64,000 bases of DNA from Macrostomum lignano (Eukaryota). A program made the position numbers and the translations under genes. The stretch is from NCBI GenBank assembly GCA_002269645.1, contig NIVC01000376.1, forward strand, positions 496,001 through 560,000, read 5' to 3'. Each line of letters opens with the position of its first letter. The first letter of the stretch is position 1. The notes below the pieces were generated by a model that saw only the letters and a list, made by a program, of their open reading frames with translations, did no database searches and was not told the origin of the DNA. Of this stretch, positions 39,077 through 51,936 are shown piece by piece.

Positions 39077-40119
39077 AACGAGCATGACGCATGCTCCAAT
39101 TTTATGCTGTGAAAAAACACAAAAAGCGAGTTTTCTGGGCGATCTTGCTCTGGGCTCAAACGAATCAGGTAACTGTGATCGCCCACGCACGGTTCAGTGA
39201 AGGAGCTGCGCTTTGATTAACGGCCTTCTCATATTTCAAAACACGGAAACGATTTAGTCAGCTGTAGTGAAGTCATCACGCATGTCTTGCTTAAAATCCT
39301 GTGTGTTTGGAGAGGTTTCACTCAAACCCGGTTTAGAAAAAAACCAAGTCAAGCACATTCGTTTCTAAGTGAAGATTCCGTGATGCGGGAAAGGTCGAGT
39401 CGGCTGTGTTTCTCTCTGCTGTTGGGCGTCGTCGATTTGAAAGTATTTATTTTTTAAGAGAATTTAAAATTCAAAACCGAAACCCGTATAAGAAAAAAAA
39501 CAATGAACGTAGGAAATTAGTGTTGAAAATCAACTTTAAAAAACGTGCCAGCGTCAGGCAGATGGACGAAGGATGACGATGCGGGGAGATTTTGTTTGCG
39601 TCTTCGCGCCTAAGCTGGGAGAAGATCGAGCAAAGTAATGATAGTTGGAAAATCGAAATTCAAGCCGCGGAGACTTCTGTAATAGATTTCGACGCAGCGA
39701 GGCGGAGAGTCAGATGAGGAAACAGGAGGGCGGGTTCGAGACAGGGCGAAAGTACGGTACGAACTAAGCTTTGGCTAGAAATCAGACACAGGACAGGGGG
39801 TCGCACAAAAGTTGCAGAAAGAGAAGCGGGGGTCTGAAAGGCCGGCGGACAAAGCGTTAAAGAATAACGAGCCGCAGGCAAAATAATTTGCTTAAACTTT
39901 TTTTGGAAAGCAACACCGCAAACAAAGAACTATCGTACGGAGATACAGAAGCAAAGCTACCTCGAGTCTCTCTCTTTGTCCTTCTCGAGTTTAAGTTTTT
40001 TTTAAAGTCTGCTCCTTGGGTTTTGGGCCTCGACGCGTTTATAGCGCGCTTGGTGGCTGCTTTGGCAACTAAATTTAAGCAGGTAGAAGTCTCGGCCGGC
40101 GCCTACGCTGGCCTGGCAG

Positions 40120-41389
40120 TCAGTTCATGGCCTGGGTCGGGCTGGTCTGCCCGCGCAGCATGCCGCTCAAAGCCTTGGCCGCGCCCATGCTCTTTGGACT
40201 GGCGGCCGACTTGAAGGAGACCTGCAGGGTCCGGTTGCCCACAGTGTAGCCGTTCAGCGACTGGATAGCCAGCAGGGCCTCCTCGTAGTTGCTCATCGTG
40301 ACGAAGCCAAAGCCGCGGCACTTGTTGGTGCCGGGGTCGCGGATCACCTTCACCGTCTGAACGGCGCCAAACGGGCCAAACAGCTCCCAGAGAATCCGGT
40401 CCTCGGTCTCCGGCGCCAGGTTGTAGACGAAGATGCTCCAGCTGCCGCTGGAAGTCATGCCGCCGCCCTGGGCAACCATCGACTGGGCCAGGAGGGCCGA
40501 GTTCGGCAGGCTGCTGGCCGCGGCCATGAGGTCGCCGATGCCGCTGATGCCATTGTTGATCGGGCTCTGGTACTTGTTGTAGTTGCGGGTCAGAGCGGCC
40601 AGGTGCTGGATGGGGCTGCCCAGCTTGGCGCCAGATGGCGAGTGCATGCTGCACTGCTTCAGGAAGCTGTTCACCAGATTGCTGCTCTCCTGCCTGGCCG
40701 CGCTGGGACTGTTGGCGAACTTCACCGTGATTGGCTCGCAGCCTTCCTCCGGTGTGAAGCCGTTCAACTGCTTGATGGCGTCCTCGGCCTCGCTGCGCTG
40801 GTCGAACCGGATGAAAGCGACGCCGCGCGACAAGCCGGTCTTGTTGTCGTACAGAATGCGCAGCGTGATGATCTTGCCGCACTGGGAGAACAGGCGCGAC
40901 AGCTCCTCCTGGGTCATTCGTTTGGGAAGACCGCAGATGTACAGATTGGCACCCTTGATGGCCTCGGAGCTCGGCCGCGCCAGAGACACTTTAATAGTCT
41001 TGTTCTGCAGTCTAAGGCCGTTCAGCGTCTTAATGGCCTTGTCCGCCTCTTTCGGCTGCATGTACTTGACAAACGCGTAGCCCAGACTCTCGCCAGTGGT
41101 CCTGTCGCGTACTAACTTGCAGCTTTCGACTTCGCCAATGCTAGAGAATAGGGCGCGTACGTCTTCTTGAGCCATCGAGGGTGGCAAGTAGTTCACGATC
41201 AGGTTGGTGCGGTTCTCTAGAATTTCGGTGTTTGAAATCATTTTTAGTATTCAGATTTATTAGGCTAGACTATGCTAAAATTTCAAGCCAAGCTAAATTA
41301 TGACAGCAAAATCAAATGACCTTACCGCTGTCAGTTGAGCCGCATGAAGAATTGTTGGTGTCTTTGCCCAGAATGTCTGTCGAAGCCAT
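40120..41389 (-). CDS. elav: ELAV/Hu family RNA-binding protein (3 RRMs)
   Basis: [55 protein letters not shown]. Likely exons 41389-41326 (MASTDILGK..., phase 1 donor) and 41216-40120. An unspliced ATG at 41241 is also in frame. Confidence 0.95.
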
Positions 41390-42072
41390 TTTGTTTGACT
41401 AAATCGGTTCTTAAATAGAGAGAGAGCTGCTCTAAAATCTATTTAACTTGAAAGTTCGCGATGGAATTAAGCGCTTTTTGAGCAGAGTAAACTCCTTTGT
41501 CTTGCCTTTAACTTGCGCGCGAAAAAATGCTCGGTGATGGGCTATTGACGCGAAAGACCTCTCTCTGCTTAGTTGAAAGAAACTCTTCTCTGGCTGGGAT
41601 ATCCTGTACTGCCGGGGGACTTGGCAACTCTGTCCATAAACGACAGAGTTCTCTCCCGCTGATTAGTCTATGGCCAGAGACTGCAGCAAATCTCTTAAGA
41701 CAAACGCAGACACACCACCCCATTCCCCCAGTGTGCATATCAATGACAAGTGAATATCAATGCAAGGGGCGAATGCTTTAAAGCGTAAAACTATTCAGAA
41801 ATTCTAACAAAGTTCCGTGTTGTACTTTTATTGGTTACAGTCTAGTTGAAATGACTGTGTTTAAAACAATTCTTAAAGTAACTGTTAAACTAGCCAAATT
41901 ACAGGTACGCGCCCTTGCAGAGGCCGCAGCTGATGTGCACAATGATAATAATAACCATTATTATTTATCAATTGGTATCTAATTTGTGCTTCAACAGAAG
42001 AAAATGCACAAATGTCACCTCATCATTTATTTAACAAAGCCATCAATTTTGGCTAAAATAACACGAATCGGA

Positions 42073-45000
42073 TTATTCTAAAGCAGAGGCCAAGTCAGCA
42101 TAGGTCAGTTTAAAGTTCATCGGAGCTCTGGAATCCGCGGTGTCAAACAGAGTCTTCAGCGCTTCGCTGACGCACTCGTCCTGCGCCTGAGCGGCTGTTT
42201 CGCCAAAGCCGCTGGACAAAAATTCGCGGCGAATGTACAGCCCCACCTGCCAGCGGGAGGGCGAGGAGGAATCAGGATATTGATAATTGCCCAAGTCTTA
42301 AAAAGAATATTGCACAAGTCTTCAAATACCAAAATAGCATTTTTCAAGTTTAAATTCTATAATAGAAAATTTTAATCATTTATTAACGTATATTTCACGT
42401 TTAAAACACAACGGGATATTTAAAGTTTTTATCCCAAAAAAATATTTTTCAAGTCTAAATCCGAAAACTGGGATATTTTAAGCCTACGAGTAAATCCCAG
42501 AACGATTTACTTACAATCCGAATCCCAAAATGGGACATTTAGAATCCGAATCCCAAAATGGGACATTTAGAATCCGAATCCCAAAATGGGACATTTAGAA
42601 TCCGAATCCCAAAATGGGACATTTAGAATCCGAATCCCAAAATGGGACATTTAGAATCCGAATCCCAAAATGGGGCATTTAGAATCCGAATCCCAGATGG
42701 GATATTTGGGATTCCCAGAATGGGACATTTAGAATCCGAATCCCAAAATGGGACATTTAGAATCCGAATCCCAAAATGGGGCATTTAGAATCCGAATCCC
42801 AGATGGGATATTTGGGATTCCCAGAATGGGACATTTAGAATCCGAATCCCAGATGGGATATTTGGGATTCCCAGAATGGGATGTTTAGAATCCGAATCCC
42901 AGATGGGATGATATTTGGGATTCCCAGAATGGGATATTTAGAATCCGAATCCCAGATGGGATATTTTGGATTCCCAGAATGGGATATTTAAAATCCGAAT
43001 CCCAGATGGGATATTTTGGATTCCCAGGATGGAATATTTAGAATCCGAATCCCAAAATGGGATATTTAGAAGCCGAATCCCAGAATGGGATATTTAGAAT
43101 CCGAATCCCAGAATGAGATATTTAGAATCCGAATTTCCAAAATGGGATATTTCAATTCCAAATCTCAAACTAGGAAATTTCCAACTCCGAACCCGCACCT
43201 GAAAGCAGGAGTAAACCGGCGATTCGGGCGCCGATTGGCCCATCAGACGGAACTCGAGCGGCTCGTCAGCCGGAAATCCGGCAGCGGCCAGCGACTCTGA
43301 CAGAAGCGGCAGGCGCCGCTGTGCGTCGATGGTCCACCATTCGTTGATGTCGGAGTTGTGCAGCCGAGTGAGCAGGAAGTCGCGAGTCAGCCGCCAGGCA
43401 GCTTCGTCGCCCTCGCTGAGGTTGGGGCAGCAGAGCTTTGCTGAAGCGACCAGAGCAGCGAAAGCGTCCGCCTCTACGGACAGGGGCAGCATCGACGGGC
43501 GAGTGTCCACCCCGGACAGGAGCTCGGCCAGGCCGAGGTGTCCAGCAACGAAGGAGAGGCTCTGGTCTGAGGTGAGCAGGCTGACGGCCTGGGAGCAGCG
43601 GGATATTTGAATCTTGGTTGGGAACAAATCTTGAGTCAGTTGGATTCTAATGGGGGAGATTTTTGAGTCTGTTGGATTCTCATGGGGGAGATTTTTGAGT
43701 CAGTTAGATTCTAATGGGGGAGATTTTTTAATCTGTTGGATTCTCATGATAGAGGATTCTCATAAGGGAGATTTTTGAGTCAGTTGGATTCTCATGGGGG
43801 AGATTTTTGAGTCAGTTGGATTCTCATGGGGGAGATTTTTGAGTCAGTTAGATTCTCATGATGGAGATTTTTGAGTCAGTTGGATTCTTATGATGGAGAT
43901 TTTTGAGTCAGTTAGATTCTCATGATGGAGATTTTTGAGTCAGTTGGATTCTTATCTCACATACTTAGATAGCTTTCCAGGAAAAAACCGGTCGAATTTT
44001 CATAGAAATAGCATGACAGATAAACCAATCTGCAAAATGTCCCACCTGCTCCCGCAAGTTCTCGGGCACGTGCGGCAGCTCTCGGGCCAAGAAGCGGCCG
44101 CAGTGCTCAGCAATGAGGGCGCGACCGGTCGGCACGAGTTCGGCGTTGTCTCTCGGCATCGACTCAGCCGGTGTTGACGACGTTGCCATGGCAACGGAGT
44201 CCGAGCTTTCGTCGTCGAGCTCGTAGCCTTTAGCGACGTTTTGATGGGCGATGGAGGAATCTGCAGTGACGCCTGCCAGTGCAGTAAATAAGGATTTGGA
44301 TATATTAGGGAAGGATACAGCGGAGTGACGTCACCGACTGGATAGGGATCTTCTGACTGACATCACTGAGGATCCTGTGAGTGACATCATTGATTGGATA
44401 GAGATCCTGTGAGTGACGTCACTGATTGGATAGGGATCCTGTGAGTGACGTCACTGATTGGATAGGGATCCTATGAGTGACGTCACTGACTGCATAGGGA
44501 TACCGTGAGTGACGTCACTGACTGGATAGGGATACCGTGAGTGACGTCACTGACTGGATAGGGATACCGTGAGTGACGTCACTGACTGGATAGGGATACC
44601 GTGAGTGACGTCACTGACTGGATAGGGATTTTTATTATTAGAGGCAGGGGGGTTGTGTGCACCCTGGCGCACTTTAAGCGACATAGGCACACAACCGACG
44701 AGAGGCATTACTGCGCATTCCGCCGACTCCCCTGAGCAGGCATACAAGCGCGCAGATACGTACGCAGGCACACACTCACACAGGAGTGTACAGCGCCCCA
44801 AACTTTATTTTTATCGTTAGGCATGTACACTTCACTGCGCCTTGGGTGGTTGGCTCTCAAGGCCGTTAATTGCACGAGCAGAGCCAAGCCGAGATTCCAA
44901 TTCAGCCCCAAATTAATGTGACTGCACTTGGAATCGAGCCTGGGTCGCTGGCACACCAGAGCAGCTGCGCTACCGCTGGGCTACGGCCCCCCTTCTGGAT

Positions 45001-47082
45001 AGGGATACCGTGATTGACGTCACTGACTGGATAGGGATACCGTGAGTGACGTCACTGACTGGATAGGGATACCGTGAGTGACGTCACTGACTGGATAGGG
45101 ATACCGTGAGTGACGTCACTGACTGGATAGGGATACCGTGAGTGACGTCACTGACTGGATAGGGATACCGTGAGTGACGTCACTGACTGGATAGGGATCT
45201 GATCAGTGAAACTATAAATAAAATCGTAGATGTAGTCAAAATTAGAAACAAAAGTTTCTTAAGCTCTTTTTAAGCCCTAGATAAATCACCACGGTGCACT
45301 CGAAACTAAAACCATGCCTTCTGCGGCTTGAATGAGCAATATTTTCCACTTCAATAATGATGGCATTTAGCCAAGGTGAATAAATGAGGGTTAGAACTGT
45401 GCCAGCAGGTGGCGATACACAAATAAAAATGATTCGACACGAAACAGCCGGTCGGGGATAAATCATATCGGCATGATTAGACACGGATGTCTCCGATGAG
45501 CTGCCTATGCGACAGCAGGACTCAGCAGAGAAAAAGATTTGCAGAAGATACGCAAAAATCTGAGAAATTCTCACAGACACCTTGAGCGATTCTCACACAT
45601 ATCTGAGCGATTCTCACAGACACCTTGAGCGATTCTCACACATATCTGAGCGATTCTCACAGACACCTTGAGCGATTCTCACACATATCTGAGCGATTCT
45701 CACAGACACCTTGAACGATTCTCACAGACACCTTGAGTGATTCTCACAGACACCTTGAGTGATTCTCACACGGACATATCTGAGCGATTCTCACAGACAC
45801 CTTGAGTGATTCTCACAGACACCTTGAGTGATTCTCACACGGACATATCTGAGCGATTCTCACAGACAACTTGAGCGATTCTCACAGACACCTTGAGAGC
45901 GATTCTCACACACGGACATATCTGAGCGATTCTCACAGACACCTTGAGAGCGATTCTCACACACGGACATATCTGAGCGATTCTCACAGACACCTTGAGA
46001 GCGATTCTCACACACGGACATATCTGAGCGATTCTCACAGACACCTTGAGAGCGATTCTCACACACGGACATATCTGAGCGATTCTCACAGACACCTTGA
46101 GAGCGATTCTCACACACGGACATATCTGAGCGATTCTCACAGACACCTTGAGAGCGATTCTCACACACGGACATATCTGAGCGATTCTCACAGACACCTT
46201 GAGAGCGTTTCTCACACACGGACATATCTGAGCGATTCTTACAAACACCTTGAGCGATTCTCACACACATATGTGCCAGCAACCCGGGCTCGATTCCAAG
46301 TGCAGTCACATTAATTTGTGCCTAAATTGGAATCTCGGCTTGGCTCTGCTCGTGCAATTAACGCCCTTGAGGGCCAGCTCCCAAGACACAGTGAAGTGTA
46401 CATGCCTAACGATAAATAAAGTCAGGGCCACTGTACACTCCTGTGTGAGTGTGTGCCTGCTCAGTTGAGTCGGCGGAATGGGCAGTGATGCCTCTCGCCG
46501 GTTGTGTGCCTATGTCGCTTAAAGTGCGCCAGGGTGCACACAGCCCCTTTGCCTTTAAAAAATGAGCAGGACCAATATTATCAAGAACTAAAAAATCCTT
46601 TAAACCTAATAAACTTAATTACCGACTTGATCGCTACTTAACTAAATGAACCAGCTATGTAATTAGGCCTGATTAACCAACCAACAAGCTAACTCACCAT
46701 CCGCCTCCGCAGACTCCCGAAACGTGAGCACCCTGTCCAGCCACTGCTGGCTGAAGCCGGCCAGTCCAGCCAAACCCAGCCGGTGCGCGGCGGCCGACAG
46801 CTCGGCCCGGCGGCTCCAGTTGGACCAGACGGAGCGCGGCCGCTCCGGCTCGGGCCCGGCCAGCATTCGCCGCCTGTAGAGATCCTCGCGCATCCGCCTG
46901 CGCCAGCGAGGATCCGTGGCCAGCCTGGTGCCGTGCATCACGTTCGGCGTCTGACGCGGCGGAGTCAGCGGCGCCACCGGGGCCGCCTCGAAGGTGGCGA
47001 CCGGCCGACGAGAGGCGGCGACGACGGCAGCGAAGTGCTGGCACAGCGGATGACGCCGACAGAGGCTGAGACGGGACAGCAT
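42073..47082 (-). CDS. MRPL44: Mitochondrial ribosomal protein mL44 (RNase III-like + dsRBD), 4 exons
   Basis: Exons 47082-46698, 44272-44046, 43588-43199, 42246-42073, phases consistent. Arg-rich transit-like N-terminus. Motifs GPEPERPRSVWSNW, RDFLLTRL, VGLY...GFGET...ALKTLF are recognisable from mL44. Confidence 0.88.
42519..43140. repeat. ~28-nt minisatellite (aatccgaatcccaaaatgggacatttag) in MRPL44 intron 3
   Basis: Direct reading. Confidence 0.95.
43625..43950. repeat. ~32-nt minisatellite (gagtcagttggattctcatgggggagattttt) in MRPL44 intron 2
   Basis: Direct reading. Confidence 0.9.
44323..45198. repeat. 32-nt minisatellite (gagtgacgtcactgactggatagggataccgt) interrupted by a SINE
   Basis: Array runs 44323-44628 and resumes at 44995-45198. 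Confidence 0.95.
44629..44992 (-). mobile_element. tRNA-derived SINE, full length (~360 bp)
   Basis: Minus strand has A box TAGCCCAGCGG (44973-44983) and B box GGCTCGATTCC (44930-44940), a non-tRNA body and an A/TAA-rich tail. A second copy is at 46273-46562. Confidence 0.8.
45569..46266. repeat. Compound minisatellite (gagcgattctcacagacacctt / cacacggacatatct) in MRPL44 intron 1
   Basis: Direct reading. Confidence 0.95.
46273..46562 (+). mobile_element. 5'-truncated copy of the same SINE, opposite orientation
   Basis: gggctcgattccaagtgcagtcacattaattt ... cttaaagtgcgccagggtgcacaca matches the reverse complement of 44655-44950. Confidence 0.8.
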
Positions 47083-47150
47083 ATTAGTGGTTTGTCAGCG
47101 ACTGATTGACGGCTGCAAGTTGCAAGTGGAGCACCATGATTTAAATTTTA

Positions 47151-47390
47151 CTGGTTTCTATGATTCATATTCCTGGTTTCTATGATCCATGTGCCTGGTT
47201 TCTATGATCCATATTCCTGGTTTCTATGATCCATATTCCTGGTTTCTATGATCCATATTCCTGGTTTCTATGATCCATGTCCCTGGTTTCTATGATCCAT
47301 GTCCCTGGTTTCTATGATCCATGTCCCTGGTTTCTATGATCCATATTCCTCTTTCTATGATCCATATTCCTGTGTCTATGATCCTTATTC
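47151..47390. repeat. ~22-nt minisatellite (tttctatgatccatattcctgg)
   Basis: Direct reading. Confidence 0.9.
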
Positions 47391-48397
47391 AAGCGTTATA
47401 TAATTCAAAACAATCCAGGTTTCATGGCTAAGATGTCAAGGCTCATAGGGGGAACTGCTGAAATGCTGTGGCTCGCAGGGGGAATCAAGGTTAGGGTTCA
47501 ACCATAAGACTCACAGGGGGAATGCTGAGATATCAAGGCTCACAGGGTTAGTAAGGTTAAGCCATGGATTAAAGAAATTTTTAATTGCTAAAAATTTCGA
47601 TTGCTTAATCAGTGCCACTCGGAAGCTGGAAGCTGTTCGGGCTGAATCTCGTATAAATCAATTAACCAAATGAAAAATTAGCAAGAGTAGTAAGGAATAC
47701 TACGGGAAAGCTAAAGCAAATAATGAAGCACCCATGCTCAAAGCAGCGTTTTCAAACACACTACAATGTGAAGTGCTATTTTTAAGCAATCTGTTTATTG
47801 CACGCCTGATAGACAATGACAATTGCGCCAGGGAAATCTGCTGGCAACGAATGAGCCTGTTCTGCTTTGAAAGCAGGGTAAAGACACACAAACACCATTA
47901 ACGTTTCTAAGCGCCCTTGGGTCGGTGACACGAAAGAGAGCGACAGGATCAAGCATTTTTTCGTAAAATCACTAAACTGAAAAGATTCGCCATCGCCACG
48001 CCCCCTGCAGCAACGCGTCTTTTGTGTTTGCCTTAAAAATGAATCCCTCCAATTAAAAAAGCTCGCTAATCTGCAAAATGTGAAGATCACGCATACGCGT
48101 TAAGTCTCCGGGAAGCAAGGCAAGCGATCTGAGACAGCACGCTAAGGACTTGCTAGACGAAACGGGAAACGATTGGCATAATGAATAACAAGAGGGGAGA
48201 TGAGCAGCTTATCAACACTTGTCTCGCTCTCTCTCGTTCTCTGGCTCACTCGGTTTGGTTTAGGCAAACAAACAGTGGACCAATAGTGTGTGACAGCGAA
48301 TCAGATTTTAAACCAGTCAAGAGAGGAAGGTACTAAATAAAAGGTAGGCGCGTAACACACAGCTAGCAGCGTCTGTCACAACAGCCAAGAGCCAGCC

Positions 48398-49531
48398 ATG
48401 GAGGAAGATGGCCAAGTCTGTGCAAAGATAAACGGCACTGTTGATAGCAAATGTTTGGCTTCGACAAACAACGGGACATCCAATATCAGCAGTGCCGAAG
48501 AGCTGCTGAGCAGTGTCACGCTGGCGTTCTGCTGTGGCGCAGCCGCAATGCTAATGATCTGCATTTACTGCTTGAACAGGCCAACATTCAACCGCCACAA
48601 GCTGGGCTGTCTGTTAATTTTGCGCTGGAACTGCGCCGCGGACATTGCTTGCCTACTGAACAAAGTGACGTTCATGCTGGTTAACAGAAATTACAAATCA
48701 CTTGAAGGCAATCAACACGTCCTAGCCTGGGTATGCAAACTATACCACATTGGCGAGAGCCTCACAATGAATGTGCAGACCTTGCTATTGGTGCTATTTG
48801 CTTTAGAGCGTGGCGCCATTGCTATTGATCTGCGCTTTGGATTGAAACATTTCAGCCAGTTTCGATTGAAAATCGGCGTTGTCCTTGCCGCTGTGTTGAT
48901 TCTGGCCGCCCACCTCAACTACATCTGGATGTATAACATCGGTGCGAACTACATTTCTCTCGATAGAAACAACACCAACTGGGAAACAATCTACGAATGC
49001 CGCGTAACTGCCGAATTCCTGGTAATCTATAACATTGTCGCCATTATCGATCTCGTGGTGTATTTGTACGCGCCAATTCTGGTTTGCGGCATCTCGGCCG
49101 GAATCGTTATTAACTGCTGGATTCGCAACGGATTAGAACGGCCGAGCGTTGTGTTCGGCAAGACTAAGTCGAGTAACAATGGAAACGCCAGCCAAAGCCA
49201 CGCGGGAGTCCTGAATAGTCTGGATTGGCTACATCGGAACATGAAAGTGCTGCAGCTGATCATCAGCCTCGTGTGCTATCTACCGCTAGCCACTACTGGC
49301 CTGATCCGAGCCGTTTCCATTCACCACCAGCTGCCAGTAGACGAGAAGCTCTATTTAATCATGAACTATATCCTGCAGCCGATGAAGAACGTCCTGTGCG
49401 CCTTGGCTACCACCGCGTTCGTTGTGCACCATCTCGTCGCTACGCGACAGCGCAAAGCCAAACGGAGTCGCTGCCAGAAAGCAAAAAATCAATCGGAGGA
49501 GGAATGCATCCCTATGCGAGTCATTGGCTAG
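48398..49531 (+). CDS. Intronless rhodopsin-like (class A) 7TM GPCR, orphan, 377 aa
   Basis: N-terminal NxS/T sites, seven hydrophobic segments, Cys at top of TM3 (WVCKL) and in ECL2 (YECRV), ERG in the DRY position, CYLP in TM6. Confidence 0.8.
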   Translation: MEEDGQVCAKINGTVDSKCLASTNNGTSNISSAEELLSSVTLAFCCGAAAMLMICIYCLNRPTFNRHKLGCLLILRWNCAADIACLLNKVTFMLVNRNYKSLEGNQHVLAWVCKLYHIGESLTMNVQTLLLVLFALERGAIAIDLRFGLKHFSQFRLKIGVVLAAVLILAAHLNYIWMYNIGANYISLDRNNTNWETIYECRVTAEFLVIYNIVAIIDLVVYLYAPILVCGISAGIVINCWIRNGLERPSVVFGKTKSSNNGNASQSHAGVLNSLDWLHRNMKVLQLIISLVCYLPLATTGLIRAVSIHHQLPVDEKLYLIMNYILQPMKNVLCALATTAFVVHHLVATRQRKAKRSRCQKAKNQSEEECIPMRVIG

Positions 49532-49609
49532 TAATATGCAAACCAAGCAAATAGTGATTTATAATATGAGAACTACAGTCATCATTGACTTGTCGACTAA
49601 ACCAATCTA

Positions 49610-50166
49610 CAGGGTGTCCCATAAGTAACTTTACAACTTGTTTCGTGAATAACTTTGTGATTAATGCTTGGATCCCCACCAGAGTTTAGCATAAGAAAAT
49701 ATATAGAAAAGGGATTTTTTGACACCAAAAGCATGTTCATACGTTGATATTTTATTATTCAAATGGTAATTTTAAAAAATACCAGATCCAATCAGATTTC
49801 TCCTGACCTAACGCCCTTGGATTACTGGTTGTGGGGCGATCTGAAGCAGAGAGTCTACGCAACGCAGCCGCGCACAATCGATGAGCTCCGACAGAGGATC
49901 TCAGACGAAGTGGCCCAGATTTCGCCTGAGACGCTTACCAAAGCCCTGCTGGACTTTCCGCGGCGGCTGGAGGCCTGCCTTAAAAACGGCGGTGGCCACA
50001 TCGAAGGACCCTGAACGGACTGTATTTTTTAACGTATGAACATGCTTTTGGTGTCAAAAAATCCCTTTTCTATACATTTTCTTATGCTAAAATCTGGTGG
50101 GGATCCAAGCATTAATCACAAAGTTATTCACGAAACAAGTTGTAAAGTTACTTATGGGACACCCTG
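49610..50166 (+). mobile_element. Internally deleted Tc1/mariner element (557 bp), ~137 bp TIRs, TA target duplication
   Basis: TA-cagggtgtccc ... gggacaccctg-TA. TIRs at 49610-49746 and 50031-50166. Retains transposase C-terminus SPDLTPLDYWLWGDLKQRVY...GGHIE. Confidence 0.92.
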
Positions 50167-51936
50167 TACATTCCGAGCAAATTGTTTCTGTCCAGTTCAA
50201 AAAAATCGAATCGTTTTTTGCGTAAATCTGTCCAATTTTTCCTCACACTAAATGAAAGTTGGTCTTTTCAACTTAACTCGTTACACTACCTAAGTTGTTG
50301 AAGTGCTTGTTTGTTTAATCAGTCTGTTGTTAAAGAGAATCTAACATTGAAAGTATATATTTTTGTGTCCTTTTTTCCGCCTGATAAAACACTGTTTTGA
50401 CGCTGCTTTGTTTTGCCTATCGTCTGCAAACTAGCCGAGCTAACTCGTTTTGAACAAAAATAAATAGCACCAATTTGAATGTACGCTTTTGTGCGCTAGA
50501 GATTAACAACATGCCTTAGTTATTGACCTCACCTACGGCATTCATTCGATTGCCTAAAGTTAGGCTAAATTTGCTAAAGAATTTGAATTAATTAAGTCAG
50601 TGAAGTCATGCTTTTTACAAAGGCAAAAATTAAATTCCTTTGCTGGCACAGTTTTTAATTAAAAAAAATAACTCCCGCCAAGCGATCCTCTACAGGTGAA
50701 AAATGCCTAGGCGTACAATGCCAAGCATTCGTCAGGCTAAAAGCTATGAAGCACGATCATCTGAGAGCAGTTGGTCATCGCTAATCAAGATTAAAAAACC
50801 GAAAGAAGATATTTTATCAAGCCTAAGCCTTGAGATGATCTGGAACATAATCCCTTACTCACACACAGCAGACAAGTTTGCATACGAGGAACTATATTAT
50901 TCAATTTTAATCAGCAGATTACTTTCGGTCTTCAATTGTTTTACTGATTAAATATCGCAATTACGAGTATCAGCTATTGCTATATACAACCCACTGATAA
51001 ACGATATGTATCGATGGTAATTTTGGGCCACAATAAAAATCTATTAAAACATGCAATGTTTGGTTAATAAATTAAGACAACAAGGCATTAAAATATAACT
51101 TATTTTTATGCAAAAAAGGAATTACGCATGAAAATACTATTCAAGTAGAAATTGATTCTTTCAAAACGATTTTACAAGGTAGACGTAAAGATGTTTATTA
51201 GAGGGTGTATTAACCTCAGATGTCAGGTATTTACTTCAGTGTTTTAGAAGGTTTCTAATTTTGGATGCCAAGGACTTCATCGCTTGTTGAGTTTCATATG
51301 GGTTTTTTTAGCAAGAGTCTGGATGTAAGTCTTACAAGGGATGGTGGGACACAATGTGATTGAAAAAATATTTCTATGAAAGCAAGCAGGAATGAACCGC
51401 CCGCATCCGCCCTAGCTTAATGGATTAAACTCGGATAAAAATACGGGTCCATCTAGCAATTCCAGATCCGCCCACCGTGTTTTTAAACATAGATTAAAAA
51501 ATCGCATCTACGCTCCTACTCGCAAGCTTTTCTACAACAAAAATCCGACAACGAATTTTCATTTTTTCAGAGTCGTCTCAGAGTCAATTTGAGGCGTTTG
51601 ATTGTCTGCTACTCTGAAACGACTCTGGTGCCGTAGAGTCACTGAGTTGCGTCTAAAGCGCATGTGTGTCACTTTATGAGCTATAAGAATCGCATATAGT
51701 AGAGCAAACCGCTAACACAAGGACTTTTAAAATGAGTTTTTCGTGTATCTTTTCCGATTCTGCAATTCGCATGATGCACTCGTGACTCAACAGTCGCTAG
51801 AGTCAATAGTGAGCTGTTTGCAATGACTCTCTTTAGCGATTCTTGTATTGCAAGTTTTTAGTGATCTAGACGGGTGTGGGATGAATCCAGAAATATGCAT
51901 GGGATATTCCACAGACAAGTTAAAAGACGCCGAGGC

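Noticed and set aside
44182-44195. Perfect RFX X-box palindrome gttgccatggcaac
   Set aside because: It lies inside an MRPL44 coding exon, far from any evident promoter; likely coincidental.
44925-44992. Functional tRNA gene
   Set aside because: A and B boxes are present, but I see no complete cloverleaf, and the head continues into a repeated body with an A-rich tail, which indicates a SINE.
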